DNA of 27,354 nucleotides from a virus (Duplodnaviria; Heunggongvirae; Uroviricota; Caudoviricetes): IMG/VR virus record IMGVR_UViG_2703719365_000004, positions 1 to 27,354 of that record; one strand, 5' to 3'. Shown piece by piece: positions 25,428 to 27,354 of this stretch (position 1 is its first letter; each line of letters starts with the position of its first letter). The notes under the pieces were generated by a model. It saw only the letters and a program-made list of their open reading frames with translations, ran no database searches and was not told where the DNA came from. The position numbers and the translations under genes were made by a program.

Positions 25428-26472
25428 ATTTCAGCGCCCGACGCTGGCAGAAAATATCAGTATGCTCCGTAACGATTTATTCGCCAGGCTGGACGTCAGC
25501 GACACGCTCCGGCGCATGGATGAAGACGTGCGGGCAAAGGTGTATGCGGCGGCGCTGCATACGGTTTACGGTTACATCGATTATCTGGCAATGAACATGC
25601 TGCCTGACCTGTGCGATGAGTCCTGGCTGGCGCGACATGCTGCGATGAAACGGTGTCCGCGCAAGGGGGCCACGGCTGCCAGCGGGTATATGCGCTGGGA
25701 AGGTGTCAGCGATGGCCTGAAGGTGACCGCCGGGAGCGTGATTCAGCGCGATGACCTGGTTCAGTACACGGCAACTGCTGATGCAACCAGCTCCGGTGGT
25801 GTCCTGCGCGTGCCGATCGCCTGCTCAAGTGCAGGCGCGGTCGGTAACGCTGACGACGGTACGGCATTAATCCTGGTCACGCCGGTGAATGGTCTGCCGT
25901 CTTCCGGTGTTGCAGATACCCTGACTGGCGGATTCGATACTGAAGATCTGGAAACGTGGCGCGCCCGCGTCATTGAGCGGTATTACTGGACGCCTCAGGG
26001 CGGGGCTGACGGGGACTATGTTGTCTGGGCTAAAGAAGTGCCCGGCATTACCCGCGCATGGACATACCGTCACTGGATGGGAACGGGAACTGTCGGTGTG
26101 ATGATTGCCAGCAGTGACCTGATTAATCCCATTCCGGAAGAATCAACGGAAACGGCGGCAAGACAACACATTGAGCCACTGGCCCCGGTGGCAGGCTCTG
26201 ATTTGTATGTATTCAGGCCGGTGGCGCATAAAGTGGATTTTCATATCCGCGTGACGCCGGACACACCGGAAATACGGGCTGCCATTACCGCGGAGTTGCG
26301 TTCGTTCCTGCTGCGTGATGGTTATCCGCAGGGAGAACTCAAGGTATCGCGTATCAGTGAGGCGATTTCCGGTGCGAACGGGGAATACAGCCATCAGTTG
26401 CTTGCACCGGTGGACAATATCTCCATTGCGAAAAACGAACTGGCGGTACTGGGGACGATTTCATGGACGTGA
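25414..26472 (+). CDS. Baseplate J-like wedge protein (Mu gp47-like)
   Basis: 352-aa ORF, size and position typical of Baseplate_J family proteins. Confidence 0.85.
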
Positions 26473-27047
26473 CAAACGATGATTACATCCGCCTGTTATC
26501 GGCACTGTTGCCGCCCGGTCCGGCGTGGTCAGCCAGCGATCCGGCGATTGCCGGTGCGGCACCGTCATTAACCCGTGTTCATCAGCGTGCGGATGCCCTG
26601 ATGCGGGAGCTGGATCCTCGCACCACCACTGAACTGATAAACCGCTGGGAGCGTCTGTGCGGTCTGCCGGATGAATGTATTCCGGCGGGAACGCAGACCC
26701 TTCGCCAGCGTCAGCAACGGCTGGATGCGAAGGTTAACCTGGCGGGCGGCATCAACGAGGATTTTTATCTTGCACAGCTTGCTGCCCTGGGCAGACCAGA
26801 TGCCACCATCACGCGATACGACAAAAGCACTTTCACCTGCTCATCGGCCTGTACTGACGCGGTGAATGCGCCGGAATGGCGGTATTACTGGCAGGTCAAC
26901 ATGCCAGCCACCACCAACTCCACCTGGATGACATGTGGCGATCCCTGTGATTCCGCACTGCGTATCTGGGGTGACACCGTTGTCGAGTGTGTGCTTAACA
27001 AACTCTGCCCGTCGCAAACCTACGTAATTTTTAAATATCCGGAGTAA
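26463..27047 (+). CDS. Tail protein (Mu gp48-like, DUF2313/YmfQ-like)
   Basis: 194 aa. Positional equivalent of e14 YmfQ and Mu gp48, immediately before the tail-fibre gene. Confidence 0.8.
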   Translation: MDVTNDDYIRLLSALLPPGPAWSASDPAIAGAAPSLTRVHQRADALMRELDPRTTTELINRWERLCGLPDECIPAGTQTLRQRQQRLDAKVNLAGGINEDFYLAQLAALGRPDATITRYDKSTFTCSSACTDAVNAPEWRYYWQVNMPATTNSTWMTCGDPCDSALRIWGDTVVECVLNKLCPSQTYVIFKYPE

Positions 27048-27050
27048 TCC

Positions 27051-27354
27051 ATGCATCGTATAGACACGAAAACCGCGCAGAAGGATAAGTTCGGCGCGGG
27101 TAAGAACGGTTTTACCCGTGGTAACCCCCAGACCGGCACGCCTGCCACCGATCTGGATGATGACTACTTTGACATGTTGCAGGAGGAACTTTGCAGCGTG
27201 GTGGAGGCATCCGGTGCCAGCCTGGAGAAGGGGCGGCACGACCAGTTACTTACCGCACTTCGCGCGCTGCTGTTAAGCCGCAAGAATCCGTTTGGCGATA
27301 TCAAATCGGATGGCACTGTGCAAACGGCTCTCGAAAACCTTGGTTTGGGAGAAG
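27051..27354 (+). CDS. Tail fibre protein, N-terminal part (gene truncated by the window end)
   Basis: ATG at 27051 opens a frame reading [46 protein letters not shown]... with no stop before the window end. This is the conserved N-terminus of side tail fibres in Mu-like and e14-like prophages. Confidence 0.8.
   Translation, partial: MHRIDTKTAQKDKFGAGKNGFTRGNPQTGTPATDLDDDYFDMLQEELCSVVEASGASLEKGRHDQLLTALRALLLSRKNPFGDIKSDGTVQTALENLGLGE

Noticed and set aside
1-27354. Search by eye for tRNA or tmRNA genes, CRISPR arrays, integrase and attachment sites
   Set aside because: No regularly spaced direct repeats, no tRNA-like GC-rich cloverleaf segment with a GGTTCGAATCC-type T-arm, and no integrase-like ORF were seen. 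The integration module presumably lies outside this window.

Overview
This window reads as a mosaic temperate-phage (prophage) genome segment of the enterobacterial e14/SfV type, transcribed almost entirely on the + strand. From left to right: a partial IS3-family (IS629-like) element at the left edge (1-121, - strand); a replication module with iterons inside the initiator gene; a nin-like region (PerC-like regulator, Dam-type methyltransferase, LexA-DBD-only protein, RusA, KilA-N protein, DUF968/YdfU-like protein); antiterminator Q with a PR'-like promoter and terminator; an AT-rich two-gene cargo cassette (moron) next to a 5'-truncated methyltransferase remnant; a lambda-like lysis cassette (holin, R, Rz/Rz1) with bor on the - strand; HNH endonuclease, small and large terminase, portal, prohead protease and HK97-type capsid; then a Mu-like contractile tail (sheath, tube, frameshifted chaperone, tape measure, baseplate proteins) ending in a tail-fibre gene cut by the window end. 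The best candidate for something undescribed is the AT-rich cassette between Q and the lysis genes (about 6150-7260): a 180-aa GNAT-fold-like protein plus a 61-aa partner with no family I can recognise, in the position where Stx phages carry their toxin genes. No tRNA, rRNA or CRISPR array was seen. All calls rest on reading the sequence and ORF translations against remembered protein families; nothing was searched or computed, and hand-counted coordinates of non-ORF features may be off by 1-2 bases.
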